Source: Mobula hypostoma
Taxonomy: Eukaryota
Direction: 5' to 3'
NCBI RefSeq assembly: GCF_963921235.1
Contig: NC_086097.1
Location: 28,956,001-29,020,000 of the forward strand
Length of the DNA stretch: 64,000 bases
A model generated the notes under the pieces. It saw only the letters and a list, made by a program, of their open reading frames with translations. It did no database searches and was not told where the DNA came from. The position numbers were made by a program, and so were the translations under genes. Positions 1-12,775 of this stretch are shown in pieces (positions within the stretch are counted from its first letter, which is position 1; each line of letters opens with the position of its first letter).

Positions 1-445
1 CTTTCCAAAATCTGCCTCCAAATCTGCTCCTCTGTATCTCTGCTGCTACCAGGGGGCCTATAGAATACCCCCAGTAGAGTAACTGCTCCCTTCCTGTTCC
101 TGACTTCCACCCATATTGACTCAAAAGAGGATCCTGCTACATTACCCACCCTTTCTGTAGCTGTAATAGTATCCCTGCCCAGTAATGCCACCCCTCCTCC
201 CCTTTTTCTACCCTCTCTATCCCTTTTAAAGCACTGAAATCCAGGAATATTGAGAATCCATTCCTGCCCTGGTGCCAGCCAAGTCTCTGTAATGGCCACT
301 ACATCATAATTCCATGTATGTATCCAAGCTCTCAGTTCATCACCTTTGTTCCTGATGCTTCTTGCATTGAGGTACACACATTTCAGCCCTTCTACCTTAC
401 TGTCTTTACACGGTTTATTCTGCTTCTCTTTCCTCAAAGCCTCTC
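1..445 (-). mobile_element. CR1 endonuclease-region fragment
   Basis: Reverse strand resembles the APE N-terminal region of the other CR1 copies (YDVVAITETW-like segment, RGGGVALL). Confidence 0.7.
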
Positions 446-2615
446 CGTATCACTGCAAGGTGTTTGGAAAAGATTACATGGAGGATGTTAGAGTTAAGTT
501 TTTTTACACAGAATGGTGAGTGTGTGGAACGCCCCACCAGGAGTGCTGGTAAAGAGACATTGAGAGACTCTTGGATGGGCACATGAGTGAAAGGAAAATA
601 GAGGGAAGGGTTAGTTTGATCTTAAAGTAGGTTAAAAGATCAGCATTGTAGGCTGAAGAGCCTATACTGTGTTGTTACGCTCTATGACACTGCTGATCAA
701 CTTTGTGCTACTTACTACGAGGGGAGGGCCGTGGATATGCACAGACGGTCCGTGATATTAAACAAGGATGTTGCCGGGTCTGGAGGACCCGAGCTATAAG
801 GAAAGATTGAATGGGTTAGGACTGTATTCTTTAGAACGTAGAAGATTGATGGGAGATTTGATAGAGGAATACAAAATTATGAGGGGTATAGATAGGGCAA
901 GTGCAAGCTGGCTTTTCCACTGAGGTTGGGTCGGACTGCAACCAGAGGTCATGGTTTAAGAGTGGAAGGTGAAAAGTTTAAGGGGAGCATGAGGGCAAAC
1001 CTCTTCACTCTGAGGGTTGTGAGGGTGTGTGATGAGCTGCCAGCACAAGTGGTCCATGCGAGTTCGATTTGAACAGTTAAGAGAAGTTTGCAGGTACACG
1101 GATGGTAGGGGTAGGGAGGTCTATGGTCCTGGTGCAGGTCATTGGGAATAGGAAGCTTAACTGGTTTCTGCATGGATGAAATGGGCTGAATGGCTTGTTT
1201 CTGTACTGTACCCCTCTATGACTGCATATTGTTGCCATCACTCTGACAAGATCGAAATTTAAACAGGACCGCCCTGGGGTATAGAATTTTCAGCTGTGGC
1301 AGGAAGTGGTAAAAGTGGGAGAAGTACTTCACTGTTCATCAAAGACTGCATTACAGCTGCACCAACCGGGTCTCTGGCACTGATCCTGCCTCTGTGGCTC
1401 AGGAAGGAAGTAGAGAGGAGTGCAGTAGTGATAGGGGATGTCAGAATTAGAAAAGAAAGCAGATTCTGTGGATGTGATAGAGACACCTGGATGGTACACT
1501 GCCTCCCAGGTGCCAGGGTCAGGGACATCTTGAATATGGTCCACAGCATTCTGAAGAGGGAGGATAAACAGCCAGAGGTCATGATACATATTGGTACCAG
1601 TGACATAGGTAGGGAAAGGGAGTCGAAATAGGGAGACAGTCAGAAAGCTGAAAAGCAAGCCCTCCAGGGTTGTACTCTCTGTATTGCTGCAATTCACCCT
1701 GCAGTTTGAGAAGGGGAAGCTAAAATTGGATGTATGAATATTACAGTGGAGTAATTACCGAGGAATTACAGAGGGTTGGGAGAAGAGCTTTTCAAAGTTG
1801 GTTGGAAGGGGGCACGAGCAGGGATGAAGGCAGATCAGCAAAGGCTGGTGTTTCTGGGGGCAATCTGGGAGGCTCAGGAAAGATATATTCCAAAAATGAA
1901 GACGTATTCTAAAGGGAAGTCAAAGACAGCATAAAAACAAAAGAGAGGGCATATACTATTGCAAAAATTAGTGGGGTTAAAGGATTGGGAAGCTTTTAAA
2001 AACCAACAGAAGGTAACTAATAAAACGACAAAGAGAGAAAAGATGAAATATGAAGGTAAGCTAGCCAATAATATAAAAAGGTTACAAAACTGTTTTTTGT
2101 TTCAGATATACTGGTCCCTTTGTACCTTTTCAGTGTGGGAGACCCCAGCAGAAATGGCAGAAACGCGAGAGTGTCGGGGACAGACAAGAGTATTGTTGCT
2201 ATTATGAAGGAGAAGGTGCTTGGGAAGCTGGAAAGTGTGAAGGTGGATAAGTCACCTGGACCAGGGGGACTCCACCCCAGGGTTCAGAAAGAGGTTGCTG
2301 AACAGATTAGTGATGAACTTTCAAGAATCACTAGATCTGGAATGGTTCCCGAGGGCTGGAAAAGTCCAAGTCTCACTCCAGTCTTTATGAAGTGAGTGAG
2401 GCATAAGAAAGGAAATTATCGGTCAGCTAGCCTGACCTCAGAGGATTTGGGGTACATGATAAAATAGGCCAAAATCAGCATGATTTCCTTCAGGTGAAAT
2501 CTTGCCTGACAAATCTGTTGGAATTCCTTGAGGGTTTAATATGCAGGATAGACAAAGGAGAGTCAGTGGATGTTGTTTACTGGGATTTTCATAAACCTTA
2601 GATAAGATGCTGCAG

Positions 2616-2808
2616 CATACATCAAAGTTGCTGGTGAACGCAGCAGGCCAAGCAGCATCTATAGGAAGAGGTACAGTCTGTCCTGACGAAGGGTCTCGGC
2701 CTGAAACGTCGACTGCGCCTCTTCCTATAGATGCTGCCTGGCCTGCTGCGTTCACCAGCAACTTTGATGTATGTTGCTTGAATTTCCAGCATCTGCAGAA
2801 TTCCTGTT
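2616..2808 (+). mobile_element. Short palindromic Penelope-derived insertion in a CR1 RT region
   Basis: About 60-bp inverted arms around a hammerhead. Flanked by a 14-bp direct repeat ATAAGATGCTGCAG (2602-2615, 2809-2822). Confidence 0.8.
2680..2713 (+). ncRNA. Minimal hammerhead motif
   Basis: GTC CTGACGA AGGGTCTCGGCCT GAAAC GTC GAC. Confidence 0.75.
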
Positions 2809-3884
2809 ATAAGATGCTGCAGATTAGGCTACTTTAACAGGATTGTTATTATGGGAGTGATGTAAGGCATGGATAGAAGATTGACTGACTGTCAGGGGGC
2901 AAAAACTGAGAATAAAGGAGGTCTTTTCTGGTAGGCTGCTGGTGGCTAGTGGTGTGCCTCAGGGGCTGGTGTTGGGATCGCTTCTTTTCATGTTATACTG
3001 TATATCTATGATTTGGATGAAGGAATTGATACATAGTGGAATTGATGGCTTTGTGGCCAAGTTTGCTGACGATATGAAGGTAGGTGGAGGAACAGGTGGT
3101 GTTGAGGAAGCATGATGTCTGTAACAGGACTTCAACAAATTGGGAGAATGGGCAAAGAAGTGGCAGACGGAATATTGTGTAGGGAAGTGTAGAGTCAAGC
3201 ACTTTGGTAGAAGGAATAAAGGCATAGATTATTTTCTAAACAGGGAGAGAATTCAAAAATCAAATGTGCAAAGGGACAGAGACTTGGGAGTTCTCATGCA
3301 GGATTCCCTAGAAGTTAAATTGCAGCTTGAGTTAGTGGTAGGGAAGGCAAAAGCAATCTTAGCATTCATTTCGAGAGGACTAGAATACAATAGCAAGGAT
3401 GTTATGCTGAAGCTTTGTAAGGCACTGGTCAGATCACACTTGGAGTATTGTGAACAGTTTTGGCCCTTACCTAAGAAAGGATGTGCTGGCACTGGAGAGG
3501 GTCAAGAGGAAGTTCACGAGAATGATCCCACAAATGAAAGGGTTAACCTACGAGGTGTGTTTGATGGTTCTGATCCTGTACATGCTGGAGTTTAGAAGAA
3601 CGAAGGGAGTGTTCATTGAAATGTATCAACTAGATAGAGTGAATGTGGAGAGAATATTTCCTATAGTAGGGGATTCTAGGACCAAAGGGCACAGCTTCAG
3701 AATTGACATTGCTTTCGAACGGAGATCCCTTCAGTCAGAAGGTCGTTAATCTGTGGTATTAATTGCCTCAGACAGCTGTGCTGGCCAAGTCATTGGGTAT
3801 ATTTAAGGTGGAGGTTGATAGCTTTTTGGTCAATCAGGACATAAAAGCTTATGTGGAGAAAGCAGAAGAATGGGACCAATATAT

Positions 3885-5850
3885 AAATATTTGGATAGAC
3901 ATGGAGCGATTAAGGATAGCCAGCATGATTTTGTGTGTACTAGGTCACATCTAACCAACTTATAGAATTTTTTGAGGAAGTTACCAGGAGAGTTGATGAA
4001 GACAAGGTAGTGGATATTGTCTACATGGACTTTAGCAAGGCATTTGACGAGATCCCACATGGGAGGTTGGTCAAGAAGGTTCATTTGCTGGGCATTCAAG
4101 ATGAGGTAGTAGACTGGATTAGACATTGGCTTTTTGGGAGAAGTCAGAGAGTGATAGTAGATGGTTGGCCTCTCTGACTGCAGCCCTGCAGGGATCGGTG
4201 CTGGGCCCTTTGTTGTTTGTCATCTATATCAACAATCTGGATGATAATGTGATTAACTGGATCAGAAGTTTGTGGATGACACCAAGATTGGGGATATAGT
4301 GGGTAGCAGAGAAGGTTATCATGGCTTGCAATGAGATCTGGACCAAAAGGAGGGAGGAGAAGATGGCGGCGCAACGCAGTGCACGCGGCCGCTCCAGAAA
4401 TGATATCGGTATTTGTTAAGTAGGTACCGTGCACAATTCTGATTTGATGGAGACAGACATGAGAGCACGGAGGAACATCTGGTGAAACTTCTGAAATGCC
4501 TGTTTCGCTGCCGCTGCTACTGTGTGATCCGGAATCTCCGGAGGAGAAGGCCTCTGAGTCCTCGGCTTTGTGTGTTTCAGCGGCCGTGATGAGGTCGAAG
4601 GAGCTCGGCAGAGGATGACGCTTGGGAGGCTGTATCGGAGGGGCTGGTCGGAGGCTCGAAGTTTTCGGACGGACTCAGAGTCAGCTGTCGGGTGCTTCCA
4701 ATGCACCCGCAGTTGTCAGTTGTCGGTGCTTGGAGGTTTATGGCAGGGAGAGTTTCTCCCTTTTTGCCGCCTGCTATTGGGGACTATCGGAGTCGATCGG
4801 GACTTGAGACTTTTTTTTACCATGCCCATGGTCTGCTCTTTATCAAATTATGGTATTGTTTTACATTGCTGTAACTATATGTTATAATTATGTGGTTTTG
4901 TCAGTGTTAGTCTTTGGTTTGTCCTGGTTTTTTTTGTGATATCACTGGAGGAACATTGCATCATTTTTTAATGCAAGCATTTCTAAATGACAATAAACGA
5001 GGACTGAGTGTCTTCATAATCTAATCTAATCTAAATGGAGAAAGGAACTGAAAAGTGGTAGATGGAACTTAATGCAGACAAATGAGAGGTGTTGCATTTT
5101 GGTAGGACCAACCAGAGTAGGTCTTACACAGAGACGGTAGGGCACTGAGGAGTGCAATAGAACAAAGGGATCTGGGAATACAGGTCCATAATTCATTGAA
5201 AGTGGTGTCACAGTTTGATATGGTTGTAAAGAAAGCTTTTTTTTTGGCACATTGGACTTCATAACTCAATGTATTGAGTACAGGGGATGGGATGTTATGT
5301 TGAATTTGTATAAGACATTGGCCGAATTTGGAGTATTGTGCACAGTTTTGGTCACATCCAGTAGGAAAGATGTAAATAAAGTTGAAAGAGCACAGAGAAA
5401 ATTTACAAGGATGTTGCCTGGCCAGGAGGACATGATTTACATGGAATGATTGAATAGGTTAGGAATTTATTCCTTGGAATGTAGAAGATTGAGAGGAGAT
5501 TTGGTAGAGGAATACAAAATTATGAGGGGTATAGACAGGGTAAATGCCAGCAGGCTTTTTCCACTGAGGTTGGGTGGGACACAACCAAAAGTCACGGGTT
5601 AAGATGAAAAGTTTAAGCGGAACCTGTGGGGAAACTTCTTCACTCAGAGGATGGTGAGAGTGTGGAATGAGCTGCCAGCACAAGTGGTGCATGCGAACTT
5701 GATTTCAATACTTAAGAGAAGTTTGGATAGGTTCATGGATGGTTGGGGTATGGACCCCAGTGCCGGTCGATGGGAGTAGGCAGTTTAAATGGTTCGACAT
5801 GGACTAGATGAGCCAAAGTTCCCGTTTCTATGCTGTACTTTTCTCTGACT
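3885..5850 (+). mobile_element. CR1 RT/3' fragment interrupted by a non-coding retroposon
   Basis: VDIVYMDFSKAFD motif near 4010; ERAQRKFTRMLPG; CR1-type 3' UTR. Confidence 0.8.
4350..5035 (+). mobile_element. Non-coding retroposon with an AAGATGGCG 5' end and (TAATC)n tail
   Basis: Related copies at 29551-30175 (+) and 53427-53808 (-, 5'-truncated). Confidence 0.75.
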
Positions 5851-6354
5851 CCAATGGGTTGAGAGAAATAAAAAAATATCAGCCATCAGCCGGGAGAGCA
5901 GGCCCGGTGGGCCGAATGGCCTACATCTGCTCTGATGTCTTATGGTCCATGGTCTTATTACGTCAGGTCTGGGGGAAGGTAGTCCTGGTGACTCCTCAAG
6001 TGAGGCCATGTTAGTAGAGATTTGAACCTGTAGTCCAGTATGGACTCGCTAGTAAAGAGGGATGTATTACAGACTCCCCAACCATCAGTAGGGTTTGCAC
6101 AGGTGAAATGTCTGTATGATCTGTTTCCCTGCCATGATATTCTATGATTCTACGTAGAGTACCCAGCCAGGTGGGAGGTTGGGGACAACCATTTGCCAGG
6201 CCCTTTCACTTTTAGCGGTGAATTTCTGTCAAATGAATGGTATGATGTAATCAGATGGGCTTTGATATCAGACGCACATCAAGTGCTGAATCACACTCAG
6301 GACTGCCCAGGTCAGTTTCCCAATAGTCGCTCATCAACATAGCACCCTCAATTA

Positions 6355-6715
6355 ACAGGTGACAGGGTGGAGGTACGTCTCTACCAAAGGAGGCTTAAGG
6401 TGTTCCTTCCCTCCACTAGCCTGCAGGTCACCCTTGGGCAAGGTATAGCACCTGCTTAGCCCCTCCAATCAGAGTCACGTGAAGCCGTATGAGCAGCTGG
6501 TGTATGTCACAAGTCCTGGTTATGCGACCAGCGACGCCAGGCAGACAAACTCTGAAGAGTATTGATAATGGCTGGGGTCACCCATCTTGTAAAGACACTG
6601 CACAGAAGGAGGGAATGGTCAACCACTTCTGCAGAAAAATTTGCCAAGAAAAATCATGGTCAAGACCATGACTGGCCACTACGTACGACAGAGCATATAA
6701 TGATGATGATGATGC
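6355..6715 (+). mobile_element. Short RTE-related retroposon with a (TGA)n tail
   Basis: Ends ATAATGATGATGATGATG; interior resembles RTE-type UTRs. Family assignment is inferred. Confidence 0.45.
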
Positions 6716-7701
6716 ACCAAAACAAACGTGCAAAATGGATCCATCTTCCAGGCAACACACGCTCACATACTGTAATGAAGTACACACAAACTGCCAAAGA
6801 TCTAGCATTACACTGTCACTAACGTAGGCTGACATCCAAGATGCTGGAGGAACTCCCCAGGTCAGGCAGCATCTAAGGAGGGAAATCGGTGAATGTGTAA
6901 GATCTTCCTTTCCATTCCTGATGAAAGATCTCAACCTGAAATGTTGACTGTTCACTCACTTTCAAAGATGCCTCCTGGCCTGCTGAGTTCTTCCAGCATT
7001 CAACCTGGATTAGAGAGCATGTCTTACGAGGATAGGTCTTTGCAACGAAGTAGGTCGAGAGATGACTTGATGGAGATGAATGAGGTGATAAGAGCCACAG
7101 ATCGAGTGTACGGCCAACACCTTTTCCCCGGGGCAGAGATGGCTAATATGAGGGAGGGGGGCATAATTTTATGGTGATTGGAGGAAAGTATGGCAGAGGT
7201 TAATTTTTTTTTTAATTTTATGCAGAGTGGTGGGTGTGTGGAAACCGTTGCCAGGGGTGGTGGTAGAGGCAAACATATTAGGAACATTTGAGAGACTTAG
7301 ACAGGCACATGGATGATAGAAACTGAAGGGTTACGTGAGGGAAGGGTTACAGTAGGTTAAAAGGTCGACACAAACGTCACGAGCTGAAAACTGTGTGTGT
7401 ACTGTATGTTCCATTTAGTATGGTAGACTGTTCTCGTACCACACTCTGCTCTTCAGTTCAATGTCTTGTTAGTAAAGTAAACATGGACAGAACAGCCCAT
7501 GTGAATCACTTGTGAACCATTGATTGACCAGCCCTTGTGAACCCCTCATGAGGCCACTGATTGACTAGCCCTGCTGAATCCCTTGTGAATGACCGATTGA
7601 GCACCCCCCGTGAACCACTGATCGACCAAAATCGCTATTTTTAAGGGTGTGTAGACATTTAATGTATGGTTGGGCAGGCCATGCTGAGGAAGTGACCTTA
7701 C

Positions 7702-7809
7702 CAGAGTCTGGATGAAGCAGTTCTCTGCTAACATTTCCATCAGGTACTGCACCCCCTCGGCGTCAATCCCATTGTGTTCCAGATCCAGTATAGTGACTGC
7801 TGTATTGGT
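7702..7809 (-). CDS. LRRC74A: LRRC74A-like coding exon (TNTAVTILDLEHNGIDAEGVQYLMEMLAENCFIQTL), RI-like LRR
   Basis: ttttcttcAG acceptor, CTG|GTAAGG donor, 108 nt, phase 0 to 0. LxLxxNxIxxEG LRR consensus. No later exons were recognised; they probably lie left of the window. Confidence 0.88.
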
Positions 7810-7927
7810 CTGAAGAAAATCAAAGGTTGTGTTTATTCCATCTACCCAGCACTCTTTGCCTCACGCAACACACATCAAAGTTGCTGGTGAACGCAGCAGG
7901 CCAGGCAGCATCTCTAGGAAGAGGCGC

Positions 7928-7963
7928 AGTCGACATTTCAGGCCGAGACCCTTCGTCAGGACT
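7928..7963 (-). ncRNA. Minimal hammerhead motif with a GAAAC>GAAAT change
   Basis: Reverse complement reads AGTCCTGACGAAGGGTCTCGGCCTGAAATGTCGACT. Confidence 0.65.
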
Positions 7964-8720
7964 AACTGAAGGAAGAGTTAGTAAGAGATTTGAAAGTGGG
8001 AGGGGGAGGGGGAGATCCAAAATGATAGGAGAAGACGGGAGGGGGAGGGATGGAGCCAAGAGCTGGACAGGTGATTGGCAAAAGGGATATGAGAGGATCA
8101 TGGGACGGGAGGCCTAGGGAGAAAGAAAAAGGGGAGGGGGGAAGCCCAGAGGATGGACAAGGAGTATAGTGAGAGGGACAGCGGGAGAAAAAGGAGAGAG
8201 AGAAAAAAATATATAGACATATCAGAATGGGAGTGGGCCGTGGAAGCCACACACATTTTAATTCCACGTCCCATTCCCATTCTGATATGTCTATCCACGG
8301 CCTCCTCTACTGTAAAGGTGAAGCCACACTCAGGTTGGAGGAACAACGCCTTATATTCCGTCTGGGTAGCTTCCAACCTGATGGCATGAACATTGACCTC
8401 TAGCTCCCGTTAATGCCCCTCCTCCCCCTCGTACCCCATCCGTTATTATTTTTTTTATTTTATATATATATATATTCTTTTTCTCTCTCTCCTTTTTCTC
8501 CCTCTGTCCCTCTCACTATACTCCTTGCCCATCCACTGGGCTTCACCCCTCCCCCTTTCTTTCTCCCTAGGCCTCCTGTCCCATGATCCTCTCATATCCC
8601 TTTTGCCAATCACCTGTCCAGCTCTTGGCTCCATCCCTCCCCCTCCTGTCTTCTCCTATCATTTTGGATCTCCCCCTCCCCCTCCCACTTTCAAATCCCT
8701 TACTCACTCTTCCTTCAGTT

Positions 8721-8756
8721 AGTCCTGACGAAGGGTCACGGCCTGAAACGTCGACT
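8721..8756 (+). ncRNA. Minimal type-I hammerhead ribozyme motif (PLE-associated)
   Basis: AGTC CTGACGA AGGGTCACGGCCT GAAAC GTC GACT: stem I AGTC/GACT, both core boxes, palindromic ACGT stem III, GUC cleavage triplet. Confidence 0.8.
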
Positions 8757-9539
8757 GTACCTCTTCCTAGAGATGCTGCCTGGCCTGCTGCGTTCACCAG
8801 CAACTTTCATGTGTGTTGCTTGAAATTCAAGCATCTGCAGATTTCCTCGTGTTTGCCTCTCTTTGCCTCACCTTTTTTCCAGAGTACCTCTTCCCACTCT
8901 CACTGTAATCAGACTTTTATACCAGACTTTAAAGGCCTTTTCTGCCTGGGGTAAGGGTGTAGGGTTAGGAGCTGGGGAGTGCCATTCTGATCAGCTATAA
9001 CCCTTCCAGCACTGCCTGCCCATGCACGTTGCTGCTCGCAGGTGAATTTCAGTGCCTGCCGAGATGCTGGCACAGAACGATACAGCCCTTCGGCCCATGA
9101 TATGTTGTGCCAAACACAATGCCAAGTAAAACTAAACTCAACCACCTGCACATCAAAGTCAAAGTAAATTTATTATCGAAGTAAGGTTACATCACCATAG
9201 ACAACCCTGAGATTCATTTCCTTGCAGGCATTTACAGGAAAATAAAGAAATACAATAGAATGTTTGGAAATCCATACATAAACAAACAACCAGAGTCCAA
9301 CTGAAGACAAATCATGCAAATACTAAAAAACAAATAAATTATACTGAGAATATGAGTTGTAGATCCCTTGAAAGTGAGTCTGTAGGTTGTGGAATCAGTT
9401 CCGTGTTGAGATGATTGAAGTTATCCACACCGGTTCAGGAACCAGATGGTTGTAGGGTACATGATACACATCCCTCCATTCCCCCCAATTCATTTCTCAT
9501 TTGAGTGCTACTTTCATACCATCACCCTGGCAGCCCATT

Positions 9540-12500
9540 TGGGATTGCTACCTGAGCCACGTGCAATTTGGCATGGGGTCAAGGAGGTCAGAGAGTTAAG
9601 TGCATGGCTCAAGGATTGGCGTGGGAGAAGTGGGTTTGAATTCATGGGAAATTGGCACCAGTATTGGGGAAGGAGGGAGTTGTTCCATTGGGACAGGCTC
9701 CGCCTGAATCATGTTGGGACCTGGATCCTTGCGAATCGCATAACTCAAGCTGTGGATAGGGCTTTAAACCAAGTAGTAGGGGGGTGGGTTCAACAGGATT
9801 GGAGAAGTAAAGTAAAAAAGAAAAGTGTTGATAAAGTTAAAGAAAAAGCAAAAGATTGAAAAGAGAAAAGTAGGAGTGGAGTGAAGAAAAGTCAAGTTCA
9901 AAAGTGTGAAAGATTGTAAGATTTTAAAAGCACGATGAGTGCAAGGGCACTTTATTTGAATGCCCGTAGTATTCAAAAGAAGGCCAGTGAACTTGCAGCA
10001 CATATCAGTACAAGGGGCGATGATCTAATGGCTTTTACAGGGACGTGGATGCAGGATGGAGAGGATTGTGAATTAAATATCCAAGGATATCAGGTAATAC
10101 GGAAGGATAGGCAGGAAGGGAAGGGAGGTGGGGTAGCGCTGTAAATTAAAGATCAGATCAGGGCGATAGTGGAAGACAATATGAGATCTAAGGAGCAGAA
10201 TATTGAATCTATCTGCGTAGAGATTAGGAATAGTAAAGGGGAAAATAGTCACTGGTGGGAGATGTCTAGCAGCCACTGAATAATAACATTACAATGGCAC
10301 AGGCAATAAACAGAAATACTTGAGGCATGCAAGAATGGAACAGCAGTTATTATGGGGGACTTTAATTTGCACATAGATTGGGTGAATCAAGTTGGTCCAG
10401 GTAGTCTTGAGGAGGACTTCATAGAATGCATCTGTGATGGCTTTCTTGAACAGCATGTTACTGGACCTACAAGGGAATATGTTATCTTGGATCTGGTCCT
10501 GTGCAATGAGATAGGTAAAATTAGTGATCGTGTAGTTAGGGATCCTCTTGGAAAGAGTGATTACAGTATGATTGAGTTTTTCATAGAAACGGAGGATTCA
10601 ATCAAAAACCAGTGTATTATGCCTAAACAATGGAGACTACAATGGGATGAGGGAGGGAGGATTTGGCTAGTGTAGACTGGGAAAACAGGTTATAGGGTGG
10701 AACGGTTGAGGAACAGTGGAAGACTTACAAAGAGATTTTTCACAGTGCTCAACAAAAGTATATTCCAGTTAAAAGCAGGACAGTAAGGGTGGGTAGAGCC
10801 AGCCTTGAATAACTAAGGAAATTAAAGAAGGCATCAAACTAAAGCTCGTGCATACATAGTCACCAAGAGTAGTGGAATCTGGAAGATTGGGAAAACTTTA
10901 AAAAGCAACAAAGAACCACAAAGCAAGCAATAAAGAAAGGGAAGCTAGGGATGAAAATAAACTCACTCCAAAAAACGAATAGTAAAGGTTTTTATAATTA
11001 TATAAAGCGGTAAAGTGTGGCTAAAGTGAATGTAGGTCCCTTGGAGGATGAGAAAGGGGAATTGATATTGGGTAATGAGGAAATGGCCGAGGCTTTGAAT
11101 GACTATTTTGTGTCGGTCTTCACCGTGGAGGACACAGCATGCCAAAGAGAGATGTTATGGATGTGATGGGGGGTGAGGACCTCAATACATTTGCTATCAT
11201 TTAAGAGGTAGTGCTGATCAAACCTATGGGCCTAAAGATAGGCAAGTCTCCTGGTCCTGATGGAATGCATCCTAGAGTACTGAAAGAAATGGTAGAAGTT
11301 ATAGTAGAGACTCTGGTGATGATTTACCAACATTTTCTGGACTCTGGGCAGGCCCCAGTGGGTTGAAAGATGACGAATGTCACACCACTGTTCAAAAAAG
11401 GCCAGTTAGCTATAGGCCAGTTAGTTTAACATCTGTAGTTGGGAAAATGCTTGAAGCTATCATTAAAGAAGAAACAGTGAGGCATCTGGAAAGAAATGGA
11501 TCCATCAGGCAGATGCAGCATGGATTCAGCAAAGGCAGGTCCTGTTTGACAAACTTACTGGAGTCCTTTGAGGATATAATGAGCGCAGTGGATAGAGGGG
11601 AACAGATGAATGTTATTTACCTGGATTTCCAGAAGGCCGCATAAAAGACTAATCCACAAGACAAGGATGCGTGGGGTTGGGGGTGATGTATTAACATGGA
11701 TAGAGGATTAGTTAATTAATAGAAAACAGAGAGTTGGGATACATGGGTGTTACTCTGCTTGGCAATGAGTAGTGAGTGATGTGCCGCTGGGGTCGGTGCT
11801 GGGCCTGCAACTGTTCACAATATACATTAATGATCTGGAAGAGGGGACCGAGTGTAGTGTATCTAAGTTTGCTGATGATACTAAATTGAATGGAAAAGCA
11901 AATTGTGCAGAAGATACGGAGAGTCTGCAGAGAGATATAGATAGGTTAAGTGAGTGGGCAAGGGTCTGGCAGATGGAGTACAATGTTGGTAAATGCGAGA
12001 TCATTCACTTTGGAAGGAAAATTGAAAGAGCAGATTATTATTTAAATGGTAAAGACTTGGGAGTGGTTGTGCATGAATCACAAAAGATTGGTTTGCAGGT
12101 GCAGCAGGTTATCAAGAAAGCAACTGGAATGTTCATTGCTCGAGGGACTGAACTTAAGAGCAGGGTGGTTATGCTGCAACTGCACAGGGTACTGGTGAGG
12201 CCGCACCTGGAATACTGCATGCAGTTTGAGTCTCCTTTCCTGAGGAAGGATATACTGGCTTTGGAGGCAGTGCAGAGGAGGTTCACCAGGTTGATTTGAG
12301 AGATGAGGGGTTTAGACTATGAGGAGAGATTGAGTTGCCTGGGATTGTACTTGCTGAAATTCAGAAGAATGAGAGGAGATCTTATAGAAACATGTAACAT
12401 TATGAAAGGGATAGATAAGATAAGAGGCAGGAAAGTTGTTTCCACTCGTAGGTGAGACGAGAACTAGGGGACATAGCCTCAAGATTTGGAGGAGTAGATT

Positions 12501-12775
12501 TAGGACGGAGATGAGGAGGAACTGCTTTTACCAGAGAGTGGTGAATTTGTGAAATTCTCTGCCCAACGAAGCAGTGGAGGCTATCTCAGTAAATATATTT
12601 AAGACAAGGTTGGGTGGAGTTTTGCATAGTTGGGGAATTAAGGGTTATGGGGGAAAGGCAGGTAGGTAAAAATGAATCCATGGCCAGATCAGCCATGATC
12701 TTATTGAATGGCGGAACAGGCTCAACGGGCCAGATGGCCGACTCCTGCTCCTATTTCTTATGTCCTTATGTTCTT
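9540..12775 (+). mobile_element. Long degenerate CR1 LINE (ORF1 esterase end, APE endonuclease, RT, 3' UTR)
   Basis: WHQYWGRRELFHWDRLRLNHVGT (esterase); YLNARSI, MGDFN, LDLVL (APE); YRPVSLTSVVGKMLE, QHGF, FADDTK (RT). Many frameshifts. Confidence 0.9.

Larger units (their letters stand above)
1370..3880 (+). mobile_element. Degenerate, internally deleted CR1 LINE (ORF1 SGNH esterase to ORF2)
   Basis: AVVIGD...MVHCLPGARVRDI...IHIGTSDIG; KSPGPGGLHPRV; RSHLEYCEQFW. Confidence 0.85.
7865..8835 (+). mobile_element. 5'-truncated Penelope-like element with inverted pseudo-LTR arms and a GIY-YIG endonuclease C-terminal remnant
   Basis: About 8250-8400 translates as ...THFNSTSHSHSDMSIHGLLYCKGEATLRLEEQRLIFRLGSFQPDGMNID, typical of a PLE GIY-YIG tail. 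7865-8215 is an inverted copy of about 8465-8819. Each arm carries a hammerhead. Confidence 0.8.

Noticed and set aside
2438..2837. Recurrent ORFs 'LLVNAAGQAAS.GRG.VDVSGRDPSSG' (also near 7827, 8567, 15699 and 55538)
   Set aside because: Translations of the non-coding Penelope end repeat, not a protein family.
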